Positions 35,498 to 45,221 are shown, counted from the stretch's first letter. The stretch: DNA of 57,555 bases from a virus (IMGVR_UViG_3300044251_000011:1-57555), one strand, 5' to 3'. The notes: generated by a model not told the origin, from the sequence alone. Program-made: numbers and translations.

Positions 35498-35731
35498 ATG
35501 GACAAGACCATGAACATCATCGTCTCGGTCAGCACGAACCCGGCCACCGCGCACATCGGCCGCTACTTCCTCGACATCCGGGACACCAGCCGCGAGACCC
35601 AGGACCCCAAGGGCCGCCAGATGACCACCAAGGTCACGGACGATCCGGCCGCGTTCATCCGGGCGGCCACCGCCGAGGGACTGGCCCAGGGCGTACTCGT
35701 CACGTTCGAGGACGAGACCGGGGAGCTGTAG
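35498..35731 (+). CDS. Hypothetical protein
   Basis: Promoter-gene-terminator unit. Confidence 0.7.
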   Translation: MDKTMNIIVSVSTNPATAHIGRYFLDIRDTSRETQDPKGRQMTTKVTDDPAAFIRAATAEGLAQGVLVTFEDETGEL

Positions 35732-35739
35732 AGAACCAG

Positions 35740-35774
35740 GAAGGCCCGGCACCCCTCGCGGGGGCCGGGCCTTC
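35740..35774. terminator. Terminator between convergent genes
   Basis: GAAGGCCCGGC..GCCGGGCCTTC. Confidence 0.7.
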
Positions 35775-35817
35775 TCCGCGTCCGGGCTCCTGGTCCCGGT
35801 CTTACCTGACTGGCGGG

Positions 35818-35967
35818 TCAGGCAGCTTTCGTCACCGTGGACCCCGGGTGCTTGGCCGCGAACGCCGTAGCGGCGGCCTCGCTCGTCTTGGTCACGGTCA
35901 GCCCGCCGGGAAGCTTGACCTTGTAGCTCTCCCGCTTGGCCTTTCCCTTGCCACAGGCACAGCCCAT
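35818..35967 (-). CDS. Small MGCACG-type virion-operon protein (49 aa)
   Basis: MGCACGKGK..., GGAGG RBS; follows protease. Confidence 0.65.
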   Translation of the reverse strand: MGCACGKGKAKRESYKVKLPGGLTVTKTSEAAATAFAAKHPGSTVTKAA

Positions 35968-35968
35968 G

Positions 35969-37405
35969 TCACGCCTCCCCATCCAGCGCGGCGGCCAGCG
36001 CCCCGCGCTCCTCGTCCGCGCGGGCCGCCTCGACCGCGAGCACCGGGGCCAGGTCGGCCGCCAGCCGCTCGCGCTCGGCCGTGGCCGCGCGGTCCTCCGC
36101 CAGGGCCGCGCGAACCGCGCCCTGGATGTCGATCGACTTCAGCCCGGCCGGGCGAACGCCGAACGTCTGGGCCACCGGCCCCAGCGACGCCGTGAGCGCC
36201 ACCTGGCGGCCACCCCGGGAGAAGGTCCCCGGGACCGGGAAACCCGGCTCAGCGTGAGCACGGGGGCCAGGGGACAGCGCCAGCACCTCGACCAGGCTCA
36301 GCCCGCCCGGGGTCTCGCGCCAGTCGCCGGACACCTTGCGGCGCGCCAGCACCTGGAGCGTGGTCGCGTCCAGGCCCGGCCGGAGCACACCGGCCACCAC
36401 GATCCCGAACTCGTCCTCATAGGCGCGCACGTCGGCCGCCACCGTCTTGGTGTCGTACTGGGCCATCGTGGCCGAGGCGTTCAGCGAGAGCCCGGCGTGA
36501 CGGCCGCCGACCGTGATCCGGCCCGTCCACACGGTGCCGTCCTCGGTCTCGACCGGGTAGCGGTTGAACCAGGCGTACGCCCCGCTGTCGTCCTTGGGGG
36601 CGGTCACGCACACGTCCGCGTACCCGACGTGACAGGTCTTCCAGGTGGCGATGTGGCCGAACACCCGGCCGGTCTCGGTGTCGTACGTGATCGGGGTCGG
36701 CCCGGCCAGCTCGGGGAGCGAGAACGCGGCCACGTCGGGCAGCGTCTCCACGCTGACCGAGGCGACCAGGGCCAGCAGCTCGGCCGCGTGCTCGGTCGCG
36801 TCCTCGTCGCCCTCGGCGGGCTCCTCGTCGGCGGCCAGCTCCAGCGGCCGGGAGGTCTCGGCAAACGCCGGGATCGAGACGAGAGTGGCGGCGCGGACCC
36901 GGCCCTGGGTGATCAACAGCTCCAGCTTGGGCTCCTCGCCGGTCTCCTCGTAAATCTCCTCCAGCCGCTCCCAGGTCACCTCCTCGTCGGTGCCCTCGAA
37001 CACCGGGACGCCCTCGAACGAGTCCAGGTCCACGGACGGCCCGAGCGTGCCAGCACCGATCAGGTGCATGGCCTCGGCCACGTCCTCGGCCAGGCGCGGC
37101 ATCTCCTCGCGGCTCACGCCGTCGAACAGCTCGCCGCGCGCCCAGACGGCGGTCAGCTTCTGGTCCATCCCCTTGGCCCGCTCGGCCGAGACGTAGCCCT
37201 GGGCCAACGCCTCCTTGACGGTCAGGACGGCCGCCTCCTGGACAGCTCCCACGACCACCGCGCCGTCGTGGCCGCCCTCGCGCGAGCGCGCCCACTCGAA
37301 CGGCATCGGGAGCGTGTCGAGCGAGATACCGCCCTCCGCGAACCGTCGTCCGTCGCCGGTGCTCAGGCCGATTGGCGCGAGCATGGTCTGAAACTTCGTA
37401 CCCAT
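35969..37405 (-). CDS. Capsid maturation protease
   Basis: STGDGRRF, GHDGAVVVG, SVDLD, RAATLVSIPAF, GHIATW..CH, SGDWR. Confidence 0.8.
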   Translation of the reverse strand: MGTKFQTMLAPIGLSTGDGRRFAEGGISLDTLPMPFEWARSREGGHDGAVVVGAVQEAAVLTVKEALAQGYVSAERAKGMDQKLTAVWARGELFDGVSREEMPRLAEDVAEAMHLIGAGTLGPSVDLDSFEGVPVFEGTDEEVTWERLEEIYEETGEEPKLELLITQGRVRAATLVSIPAFAETSRPLELAADEEPAEGDEDATEHAAELLALVASVSVETLPDVAAFSLPELAGPTPITYDTETGRVFGHIATWKTCHVGYADVCVTAPKDDSGAYAWFNRYPVETEDGTVWTGRITVGGRHAGLSLNASATMAQYDTKTVAADVRAYEDEFGIVVAGVLRPGLDATTLQVLARRKVSGDWRETPGGLSLVEVLALSPGPRAHAEPGFPVPGTFSRGGRQVALTASLGPVAQTFGVRPAGLKSIDIQGAVRAALAEDRAATAERERLAADLAPVLAVEAARADEERGALAAALDGEA

Positions 37406-37427
37406 GACTTCCTCCTCCTCGGCCAGG

Positions 37428-38252
37428 CTACCGGCCGCGCCGGAACTGGCGGTTGCTCAGGTCCACGCTTTCGCCGGGCTCCACCAACAGCATGGTGCAC
37501 CGGCACTGGATCACTTCCTGGGCTGGCCCGGTCGGGTCGCCCGGGAACGCCAGCTCGAACCCGCCCACGATGAACCGGCCGGACACCGGCACCCGCTGTC
37601 CATCGGCGGCCACGTGGGTCTCGCGGGTCCGGTGGTCCTCCGTCGCCAGCCAGAACTTCTCCAGCTCCAGCTCGGGGTCCGCCTCAGCCACGGTCCCGAA
37701 CGCCTCGGACCGGCCCGCGTTCAGCGCGCCGATCGTCTCGGTCCGGGCAATCACGGTTGCCCGGTTCGGCCAGCGCTCGCTCGCCGTGGTTGACAGCACA
37801 ATGTCAACGCGCGCCGCTAGCTGGGGGATGCTCTCGCCCAGGTTGATCCCGGTCGAGAGCTGGCCCGCTACCAGGTCGTACACCTCGTCCGGGATGCGGA
37901 CCAGGCGGTTACGCACCTCGGCCAGGTACCGCGTGATGGCGGGCCGCTGGTCCCAGGCGTAGTCCTTACCCAGCAACCGCTCGAACGCCAGGCCGATGGC
38001 CTTCCAGATTTCACCGTTCAGGATCAGGTCCACGGCCTCGCGCCACAGCGGAGCCATCGCCCATACCGCGTCCAGGTCGGGCCGCTCGGCTCCCCGGAGC
38101 ACGCGCCGGGAGAGCTGGACCAGCCAGTCCGAGAGCGCGGCCCAGACGGCGGACCGGATGTCCCGCTCCACCTGGACCACCTCCAGCGCGGCCTCCAGCC
38201 GGTGCGGGAGCCAGGGGTCCTCGCCCTGACCGTTCCACACGGGGCCGGTCAC
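37428..38252 (-). CDS. MuF-like minor head protein
   Basis: RATVIARTE, KFWLATEDHRTRETH, FPGDP..EVIQCRC; GTG start at 38252. Confidence 0.88.
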   Translation of the reverse strand: MTGPVWNGQGEDPWLPHRLEAALEVVQVERDIRSAVWAALSDWLVQLSRRVLRGAERPDLDAVWAMAPLWREAVDLILNGEIWKAIGLAFERLLGKDYAWDQRPAITRYLAEVRNRLVRIPDEVYDLVAGQLSTGINLGESIPQLAARVDIVLSTTASERWPNRATVIARTETIGALNAGRSEAFGTVAEADPELELEKFWLATEDHRTRETHVAADGQRVPVSGRFIVGGFELAFPGDPTGPAQEVIQCRCTMLLVEPGESVDLSNRQFRRGR

Positions 38253-38335
38253 CAGACCAGGCCCATCACGAAGTAGGTCACGGCGAGCGCGATCACGCCG
38301 AACCCGGCGGCCACGGTCGCTCGGTCGATGATCAT
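38249..38335 (-). CDS. 28-aa membrane peptide
   Basis: MIIDRATVAAGFGVIALAVTYFVMGLVW, coupled on both sides. Confidence 0.5.
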   Translation of the reverse strand: MIIDRATVAAGFGVIALAVTYFVMGLVW

Positions 38336-40275
38336 GCGGCCTCCACCTCCAGAAGCCCACGGCCCTGGTTCGGCATCGCCAGCGTGGCGTACAGCATGTC
38401 GTCGTGGTGGCGGAGCCCTCGGGTCAGCAGCTCGGACACGTAGGTGGACAGCACCCGCTCCAGCTCGGCCGGGTCCACGCCGAGGTCGGCGGCGGCCACG
38501 CCCACGTGGGTCCACGCGCCCTCGGTGACCTTGCGCGCCTTCTCCGGGGTGATCGGCCCCACGTGGTGGTGGAGTTCGTGGCGCGGCACCTCGGACCAGC
38601 GGCCGTGCCGCTCTTGCGGCGTGGTGAGTCGGCCGCCCGCCAGCTCCAGCGCGCGGAGGATCATCAGCTTGGCCGAGGCGTTGAACACGGCCATCGGGGA
38701 AGGGAGCGCCAGCACCGGCCGGGCGGCCAGCGCGATCCGCTCGTCAAGGCGCGCCGTGATGGCGGCGGCCTCGTCCGGCTCGTCGGGTGCCTCTCCCCCG
38801 TTCGGCGCGCCGTCGTCCTCCTCGCTATCGCTCGGAGCACTGTCCGCGTTCTGGTCCGAGGTCGGCGGAAGGCCCACGCTCTTGACGCCGGGAAGGCCGA
38901 GCGCCGCCTGGACGGCTGGGTCCAGGATGAGGTCCGGCTGGGTCTTCACCAGGCTGAGGAGGATCTGGGCCGCGCGCTCGGGGACCGAGGGCATCTGGTC
39001 CGGGTCGAACGCTCCGGCCTTGACCACCTCGTCATCGCGGATCAGGAACCGGTCGTGGAGCTGTAGCGCCTCGTCCAGGCGGTTGGGCTTGGCGGCCAGG
39101 CTGGACGTGTCGAACGCGAACGCGTACCGCTCGGGGTTGGCGACGCCCATCGACTCCAGGGCGCGCCGGAGGAACCCTCGGGTGAGGGCGTCCGCGATGA
39201 GGCCCAGGTACGAGCGAATCCACCGAATGCCCTCGTCCGAGATCAGCCAGGCGGTCCAGTGGTTGGCGTCCCCGATGCCGGTCAGCACCTCGCCCGGGAT
39301 CTCGGCCGACGAGGCCAGGCGAGCAATCGCCTTGTCCTTCATCGGGGTGATCTCGGCGGACAGCTCGCTCCAGAAGTTGATCGGCTTCAGCTTGTCCAGG
39401 TGCTCGATCATCTCGTCCGGCACGGTCGCCATGATCGGGACCATCGCGCTGGCGCGGCTCTGGTCGGCCATGCTCGCGGCGGCGGCGCGCTGAAGGTAGG
39501 CCATGAACCCGGCCAGGCCCTCGGGGTCGGAGTCCAGCCGGGGGAAGTCGATGCCCTCGGGGAGGAACATCACGCCAGCGCCGGTGAGCCGGGAGTCCAG
39601 CTCCGCGAACTCGCGCTTGGTCAACAGCTCGATCTCGCGCAACGGCACGATGGCCGAGCGCGTGAACGAGTCGGCCTGGTCGGTGTCGTTGGGGTGCGGA
39701 CGCCAGCACCGGATCAGGATGTCCGTCCCGTCCTGGAGCACCAGCTTTGAGCCGCCCCGGATCTGGGGCCGCTTCACGCTGATCTCGTCGCCGGTGCGGG
39801 ACAGCGCCGAGCCGGTCACCACGAACCAGGAGCCCTCGGCCGCCTCGGGGTTGCTGGCCGCGCCCTCGCCCACGATCCAGCACTCCCCGCCCACGGCGAG
39901 GTCCACCCCGGCCAGCCGGAGGTTGTCATCGCGCTGGCTCCCCGTGCCGAGCGGGACGGCGGCCAGGCGGCGGATCGTCTCGTCCTGGACCTCGCCCTGT
40001 TCCTCGCCGGTGTCGTCCACCTCGGTCACGTAGAGCCGGGCCTGGGCCACGCTGTCACCGACGCGCCCGGCCAGGAAGTGGTGTTCCGGGATGATGTCGT
40101 ACAGACGCCAGCCCTCGGTCTGCCAGTCGCGGTTCCCGAACTTCCAGGTACGCCACGAGCCGGTGGCCCCGAGGTCCACCTGGGCCGTGGCACCGGCGAG
40201 CGCGATCCGCTGGGCCACCTCGTGGCCGAACGGCTCGGGCGGCGCGAGCGCCTTCTGTCGGCGGAGAGCCACCAT
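38332..40275 (-). CDS. Portal protein
   Basis: WQTEGWRLYDIIPE, RCWRPHP..ADS, SRLTGAGVMFLP, NHWTAW; precedes MuF. Confidence 0.85.
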   Translation of the reverse strand: MVALRRQKALAPPEPFGHEVAQRIALAGATAQVDLGATGSWRTWKFGNRDWQTEGWRLYDIIPEHHFLAGRVGDSVAQARLYVTEVDDTGEEQGEVQDETIRRLAAVPLGTGSQRDDNLRLAGVDLAVGGECWIVGEGAASNPEAAEGSWFVVTGSALSRTGDEISVKRPQIRGGSKLVLQDGTDILIRCWRPHPNDTDQADSFTRSAIVPLREIELLTKREFAELDSRLTGAGVMFLPEGIDFPRLDSDPEGLAGFMAYLQRAAAASMADQSRASAMVPIMATVPDEMIEHLDKLKPINFWSELSAEITPMKDKAIARLASSAEIPGEVLTGIGDANHWTAWLISDEGIRWIRSYLGLIADALTRGFLRRALESMGVANPERYAFAFDTSSLAAKPNRLDEALQLHDRFLIRDDEVVKAGAFDPDQMPSVPERAAQILLSLVKTQPDLILDPAVQAALGLPGVKSVGLPPTSDQNADSAPSDSEEDDGAPNGGEAPDEPDEAAAITARLDERIALAARPVLALPSPMAVFNASAKLMILRALELAGGRLTTPQERHGRWSEVPRHELHHHVGPITPEKARKVTEGAWTHVGVAAADLGVDPAELERVLSTYVSELLTRGLRHHDDMLYATLAMPNQGRGLLEVEAA

Positions 40276-40586
40276 TACCTCCCGAGGTTCGCGGTCATGC
40301 CGGTGACCTGGCTGAAGGCCAGGGCCAGGGCCGGGATCAGCATGACGGGCGAGTCGCCCCAGAACCAGACCAGGGGAGCGGCAACCAGGGCCACCCACAT
40401 CCCGGCGCACCACGGACACGTGATCAACGTGGAGATGGCCGCGCCCAGGGTGGCGGGCCGATCGTCCAGCCGGACCGTGATCCAGTCGCGCACGGGCTCA
40501 GTGATCGAGTCGGCCACGATGAGCCCGGTCAGGCGTGCCACGGCGAGCGCGAACACCAGGAGCTGGAGCCAGAGCGGGACCGTCAT
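40275..40586 (-). CDS. DUF1360-like membrane protein
   Basis: RLTGLIVADSITEPVR, LITCPWCAGMWVA; late promoter at 40593-40616. Confidence 0.78.
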   Translation of the reverse strand: MTVPLWLQLLVFALAVARLTGLIVADSITEPVRDWITVRLDDRPATLGAAISTLITCPWCAGMWVALVAAPLVWFWGDSPVMLIPALALAFSQVTGMTANLGR

Positions 40587-40647
40587 GCGCCCATCCTACG
40601 GGCACAAGGGGGCATCTCGGCTCCAGCGTCCGCTTGACACTTCACAG

Positions 40648-40923
40648 TCAGTCCCTGAAGGTCCGCGCGCTGATGAACCGGCAGCGAGCCAGCGCGCCCT
40701 CGAACCGGCGGAGCGACGCCCGGTAGCCCAGCTCGGTCAAGGACCGGCCGAACGCGTTCTGGGTGACCGGGATCAGCCCGGCCTCGCGCGCCATCGCCGC
40801 GTACCAGTCGTACAGCTCGGCGCTCGGGTACCAGCCAGGGCCGCGCCCCATGTCCTCGACCACCGCGCGGAGGTTGGCCTGGGTCAGCCCGGCCACCTGG
40901 GCCGTGGGCTTCAGCTCGGTCAC
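40648..40923 (-). CDS. Stand-alone winged-helix protein (D5/P4-primase C-terminal-like)
   Basis: SAELYDWY...TQNAFGRSLTELGY. Confidence 0.65.
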   Translation of the reverse strand: MTELKPTAQVAGLTQANLRAVVEDMGRGPGWYPSAELYDWYAAMAREAGLIPVTQNAFGRSLTELGYRASLRRFEGALARCRFISARTFRD

Positions 40924-41156
40924 ACCAACCACGCCCGGTGCTTGACGCCCTCGACCGTACGGACCTTGCGCTGTCCACCGGCGCGCCCCAGGGCCTGGCC
41001 CCAGGCGATGAACGAGCCCGGCGGGTCGCCCTTCTCCCCGGCGTACGCCAGGTACTCCTCGTACAGATCGGCGGAGAGGTAGACCCCCGCTCCGCCGATC
41101 CGGGCCACCACGGCCTCCACGTCACCTCGCGTCACGTTCGCCAGCTTCTTGGTCAT
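40920..41156 (-). CDS. Stand-alone winged-helix protein, paralog of the neighbour
   Basis: SADLYEEY...AWGQALGRAG; TACCAT-N6-ATG. Confidence 0.65.
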   Translation of the reverse strand: MTKKLANVTRGDVEAVVARIGGAGVYLSADLYEEYLAYAGEKGDPPGSFIAWGQALGRAGGQRKVRTVEGVKHRAWLV

Positions 41157-41160
41157 GCAC

Positions 41161-41186
41161 CGATGGTACACGATGGTAACCGATGG
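41161..41186. repeat. Three CGATGG(TA) direct repeats with 10-bp period
   Basis: CGATGGTACA CGATGGTAAC CGATGG. Confidence 0.75.
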
Positions 41187-41200
41187 GCGCGCCCCGGGGG

Positions 41201-41333
41201 AGGGGAGTGGGTACACGACAAAACCCAGAAATCTTTCTAACGCGCCTCACGTGTGTACGCATGTGGGGGTAATGCGTTAACAAAGACATCATTTCTCAGA
41301 ATCGAGAGTTCGCGCGCTATACCCAGGTCCCCT
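41201..41333. repeat. Long imperfect palindrome, copy 2
   Basis: Core CTCACGTGTGTACGCATGTGGGGGTAATGCGTTAACAAA; outer stem GGGGAGTGGGTA / TACCCAGGTCCCC. Confidence 0.8.
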
Positions 41334-41950
41334 CAAACGTCCCGATGGTCCGAGCCCCAGTCCGGGTCATAGTGCCGCCGGTACTCCTGGCCCTGGACGG
41401 TCGGCGGCACCCGGTCCGGCGCGCTGGTCTTGCGCTCGATCTTGCGCTTGCACCACGGGCACCGGCCCTCGGCGTCCGCCGAGCCGTGGCCGCTCACGCT
41501 CTCCGGGCACCCGCTCAACCCTCGACCTTCACTTGAGGGTTCCCCAGACTCATGGCCCCCGTACGTGAACGGCCGAGCCGTCTCCTTGCGAGGGGGCCGG
41601 GGTCCTCGGGGTGTGGATTGCGGCGGCCGGGGAGGCCAGGTGCCACGCGCCGCCCGGGGTGCGTCGGCGGGGTCGCGCACCAGGCCAAAGCGCCGGAGCC
41701 AGGCGTCCACGACCTCCCACGCGGCCCCAGCGGCCCGGAACTCGCGCACCACGCCACGGATGTCCGAGGGCATCGCGGGAGGCACGGCCAGCGTGCCGTC
41801 CCGATCGCACCGGGCCGAGATCCCGCGTCCGCTCTTGGTCCGCACGGCCGGTATGCCGGGGTAGCACCGGGCCTCGTCCTGCCCGTACTTCTTCCCGCAC
41901 GAGGGACAGCGGCCCGGCCCCCGGTCCACCGGCCGGACCTCAGCACCCAC
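41333..41950 (-). CDS. Hypothetical Cys-containing protein (start uncertain; may be two genes)
   Basis: CPSC and CPWC motifs. Confidence 0.4.
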   Translation of the reverse strand: MGAEVRPVDRGPGRCPSCGKKYGQDEARCYPGIPAVRTKSGRGISARCDRDGTLAVPPAMPSDIRGVVREFRAAGAAWEVVDAWLRRFGLVRDPADAPRAARGTWPPRPPQSTPRGPRPPRKETARPFTYGGHESGEPSSEGRGLSGCPESVSGHGSADAEGRCPWCKRKIERKTSAPDRVPPTVQGQEYRRHYDPDWGSDHRDV

Positions 41951-42362
41951 GGCACTCGCTCCAGTCGCCAGCGAGCACCCGGGGGCAATGCTCGGCACAG
42001 TGGGTCCGGATCTTCTCGTCGTCGTAGTCCAGCCGCTCCGAGCACGCGCACACCGGGTGCGTCTCGCGGTTGTAGCCACAGCCAGCCCAGCCGGTGATCG
42101 TGCCGGTCTCGGCCGAGCCCATCGGCGCGAACGAGATCCGGGCCTCGCAATACCGGCCGCCCCCGACGAACGGGTGGTCCCGCATCGCTTGGCGCATGAT
42201 CCGCGCGCCACGGTCGGCCGCCTCCTCGCGCTCGGCCGGAGAGCTACCCATCAGCGGGTGACCGTCATCTGTCAACCGCCGGGTGTGCCAGCCGTCCGGC
42301 TCCCCCTCCCGGCGGGCCAGGCCGTCCTCGCTCGGCGGCCACATCCCGATCTGGTCGATCAT
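41940..42362 (-). CDS. Hypothetical Cys-rich protein
   Basis: GAGGAGG RBS; coupled to HNH gene. Confidence 0.6.
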   Translation of the reverse strand: MIDQIGMWPPSEDGLARREGEPDGWHTRRLTDDGHPLMGSSPAEREEAADRGARIMRQAMRDHPFVGGGRYCEARISFAPMGSAETGTITGWAGCGYNRETHPVCACSERLDYDDEKIRTHCAEHCPRVLAGDWSECRGC

Positions 42363-42718
42363 CACTTCCTCCTCGTCGTCGCGCCGGTCGAGCTGTTGCA
42401 CCGGGAGCAAGCGGGACGAATGTTGTCCCGCCGGTACGTCCCGCCCTGGCACCCGGGCCGGATACGGTCCACGGTCACGGTGTCCACGGTCAGGAGCTGG
42501 CCGCATCGGTAGCACCGGCACGCCGGTTGAGCGCCCTCGGTGCCGACCAGCACGGCGACCACCATCGGGCCGTGGAACAGGTCGATCACCACCACGTCCT
42601 GGTCGGCCCGGTAGCACGCCACCAGCCACTCACGGCGTCGCCTACGGTCCTCACTGCCTCCCCGGGCGTTGCCGTTCGTCGTGCCTCTCCGGCTCGCTGG
42701 CCGGTCCCCGGCGCTCAC
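42362..42718 (-). CDS. HNH endonuclease-like protein
   Basis: CYRC, TVDRIRPGCQGGTY..NIRPACSRCN. Confidence 0.8.
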   Translation of the reverse strand: MSAGDRPASRRGTTNGNARGGSEDRRRRREWLVACYRADQDVVVIDLFHGPMVVAVLVGTEGAQPACRCYRCGQLLTVDTVTVDRIRPGCQGGTYRRDNIRPACSRCNSSTGATTRRK

Positions 42719-42972
42719 TGGCTCGCCAGGTGACGGGGGATGTTCTTAGCGGCCACCTTGCGGCCCTTGCCCCGGTTGGCGCGGCCCAGCTTGCCCGCGT
42801 GGAAGAACCCGCACTGGTTGCACCAGTAGGTGTTCGAGTTCCCCCGGGTCCACTTCCCGGCCGCGATCAGCCCCGAGCGCTGGCCCTCGGCCTCGGCCTG
42901 GGTCCGGTGCTGGGTCTTGGGGCGTCCGCCGCTGGAGCACTTCTTGAGGTAGCCCACGCTCATGACTTCCAC
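42715..42972 (-). CDS. Small zinc-binding protein
   Basis: C..K..H and YWCNQCGFFH. Confidence 0.6.
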   Translation of the reverse strand: MEVMSVGYLKKCSSGGRPKTQHRTQAEAEGQRSGLIAAGKWTRGNSNTYWCNQCGFFHAGKLGRANRGKGRKVAAKNIPRHLASQ

Positions 42973-43517
42973 GCCCGATCGTGCGCCGCGTGTGCCCGCT
43001 TGCTGGCCGCCTTCAGCGCCGCCACCAGGTCCGCCACGGTGAGGTTGGGGAGCAGCGTCCCGGCCAGCACCTCGTCCACCGCGAACAGGAACCCCAGCGC
43101 CGCCAGCCGCCCGGCCTCGCTGTTGCGCGCGCTCTTGTCGAACGCGTGGACCTGGGCCTCCAGGCCCTTGATCACGTCGCCGTGCGCCTCACAGTCGAGC
43201 GCCCTCGCGCTGGCCTCGCGGATACCCCGGTCCCGGTCCACTCGTGCGTGGGTCGCCTGGTCGCCCAGGAACTCGACGTACGTCACCAGGTCCACGACCT
43301 CGGGGGTCAGTGCCGGTGCGTCCGTGATGATCTTCCGCGCGCTGGCCCGGACGTACATCGACGTGGCCGCCAGCAAGGTGTCCGGTCCGTCGTACAGGTC
43401 ATCGCGCTGGTCCAGGTGCCGTCCGCCGGGGTGTGCCGGTATGCCCTGGCACTTGGTCCGCTGGCACATCGCCCGGTGTTCCGGTCGTGCCGGGTCGTAT
43501 CGGTTCGTCGTTGTCAT
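42960..43517 (-). CDS. Hypothetical protein
   Basis: Leaderless after TTGACA-N17-TAAGGT (43525-43553). Confidence 0.65.
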   Translation of the reverse strand: MTTTNRYDPARPEHRAMCQRTKCQGIPAHPGGRHLDQRDDLYDGPDTLLAATSMYVRASARKIITDAPALTPEVVDLVTYVEFLGDQATHARVDRDRGIREASARALDCEAHGDVIKGLEAQVHAFDKSARNSEAGRLAALGFLFAVDEVLAGTLLPNLTVADLVAALKAASKRAHAAHDRAWKS

Positions 43518-43615
43518 GTGCTCCACCTTACCGTCATCACTGCGAGGTGTCAACCGAGAAGGCGGCCCGAGCGAACCCGAGCCGCCTTGTCAGTGCAATG
43601 TCAAGACTGTGAGGT

Positions 43616-44569
43616 TCAGCCCTCGTACTGGCCGTGCGTGGTGCACCAGCCGGTGGCCCCGTCCACGTCGCACGCGGGCCGGTGGCGGCCGTCCTGGACC
43701 GGCAGGAACTCGGTAGGGATGTCCCGCTCGGTGGCCCACGCGGCCCGCTCGGCCTCGGTCCGGAACACCGGCACCTCGATGGCCCGGAGCGCCGCCGCGC
43801 TGGGTCCGGTCCGCTCCGGCCAGTCCAGGCGCGTGGTCGCCTCGTCGGCCAGGGTCGGCCCGGATCGCACCGGCACGGGGAGCGAGGTCACGGTGTCAGC
43901 CACGCCCAGGTCATCCCGGATGGCCGCCAGCACCTCGGTACGCGGGTCGGCGCTCTGGGGGTAGCTGTCGGCCTCGGGGTCGGTCGTGTCCATCCAGTCC
44001 TCGCGCGGCTCTCCGGCGGGCTGGGTCACGCTCTCCAGCTCCTCGTCCCAGTCCGGGAGGTCCAGCCGCGCCCGGACGGCCCGCGTCCCCTCGTCGTCCC
44101 ACGGGGTCATCTCGCCGGACAGCTCCAGCTCGGCCAGGGTGTTGACCAGGGTGGCCCGGTCCTTCCACTCGGTCTCGGGGTGGATCTGCCAGTGGTCCGA
44201 GATCCACCCCTCGGCCAGGTACCGGCCGGTCTCGGGCTCATACCGGATGGTCAGCTTCTCCCCGGCGTCGCCTTCCCAGGTGGCCGTGTTGCGCTCCCGG
44301 TCGGCGCGCTGGCGCTCCTCGGCCCGCTTCACCCGGTCGTCCTGGATCTTGCGCTCCACGAGGCGGCCCACGACCTGGCCGGTCAGCAGCACGGCGAGCA
44401 GGGTCCACCCGGCCATCCCGGCGACCTCGCGCCAGGTCAGGGTGTCCGAGGAGCTGATCCAGGTCGAGACGGCCACGGCCGCCAACACGAGGACGGCTCC
44501 GGCGATGATCGACGCCCACGAGGGGCCTTGCTGTGTACGCTGGCTGTGCTGGCTCATCTCGGCCCGCAC
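43616..44569 (-). CDS. Membrane protein with two N-terminal TM segments
   Basis: Two hydrophobic helices, acidic soluble domain. Confidence 0.65.
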   Translation of the reverse strand: MRAEMSQHSQRTQQGPSWASIIAGAVLVLAAVAVSTWISSSDTLTWREVAGMAGWTLLAVLLTGQVVGRLVERKIQDDRVKRAEERQRADRERNTATWEGDAGEKLTIRYEPETGRYLAEGWISDHWQIHPETEWKDRATLVNTLAELELSGEMTPWDDEGTRAVRARLDLPDWDEELESVTQPAGEPREDWMDTTDPEADSYPQSADPRTEVLAAIRDDLGVADTVTSLPVPVRSGPTLADEATTRLDWPERTGPSAAALRAIEVPVFRTEAERAAWATERDIPTEFLPVQDGRHRPACDVDGATGWCTTHGQYEG

Positions 44570-44621
44570 CTTCCTTCCTGTTCGGTCTCGGCCCTCCCCT
44601 TACCGGGAGGGCCGTGGTCGT

Positions 44622-44852
44622 CTAACGGACAAGGGCGTCGGTGTCTCCACCGATCAGGACGGGCTCGTGGCTGTCCACGTGAGCCTGGGCGGACCGTACG
44701 GCCTTCTCCTCGTCCCACCGGTGCATCGTCTTGCCGCACTCGGTGCACGAGCCACGCCAGCCCCGAGGGGCCGACCCGTTTGCCGGTAGCCACTCGCTGA
44801 GCGTGATCCCGATACCGGGGTCCACCTCGTTGAACACGACCCGCTTAGCCAT
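44622..44852 (-). CDS. Small zinc-binding protein
   Basis: WRGSCTECG..AQAH..H; RBS before MAKRVV. Confidence 0.6.
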   Translation of the reverse strand: MAKRVVFNEVDPGIGITLSEWLPANGSAPRGWRGSCTECGKTMHRWDEEKAVRSAQAHVDSHEPVLIGGDTDALVR

Positions 44853-44945
44853 CTCCGCTGTCCTTCCTCGTTCGGTAGTTGCAAACCTAGCAGTCATGAC
44901 GGTAACGTGGCAACCCCCGGACGGACCGGGGAGGAAGGCAAGGCG

Positions 44946-45221
44946 ATGACCACCGATCCGAACGGCTGGTTTCTCACCAGCCAGGCGCTTGACCACCACG
45001 CCACGGTGGCGGCTGTCCTGGCCGCGCTTCCCGAGTGGCTGTCCGGGGACGAGAAGACAGCGGACGCCCTCGCGGGCTCGCTGGCTCGTGCCGGATACGC
45101 CCTCGTCCAGATCGAGGGCACGGCCACCACGGCCGTGATCCACGACCTGACCCAGGCCGTGGAGGCCAACCTGATCGACCCCAGCGACGCGCCGGGGTTC
45201 CTAGCTCGGAAAGAGGACTGA
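44946..45221 (+). CDS. Hypothetical protein
   Basis: GGAGG RBS; promoter TTGCAA-N18-TAACGT at 44879-44908. Confidence 0.6.
   Translation: MTTDPNGWFLTSQALDHHATVAAVLAALPEWLSGDEKTADALAGSLARAGYALVQIEGTATTAVIHDLTQAVEANLIDPSDAPGFLARKED

Noticed and set aside
35806-35821. Additional operator CTGAC-N6-GTCAG (also CTGA-TACG-TCAG at 28329)
   Set aside because: Spacer length differs from the invariant N8; not counted.
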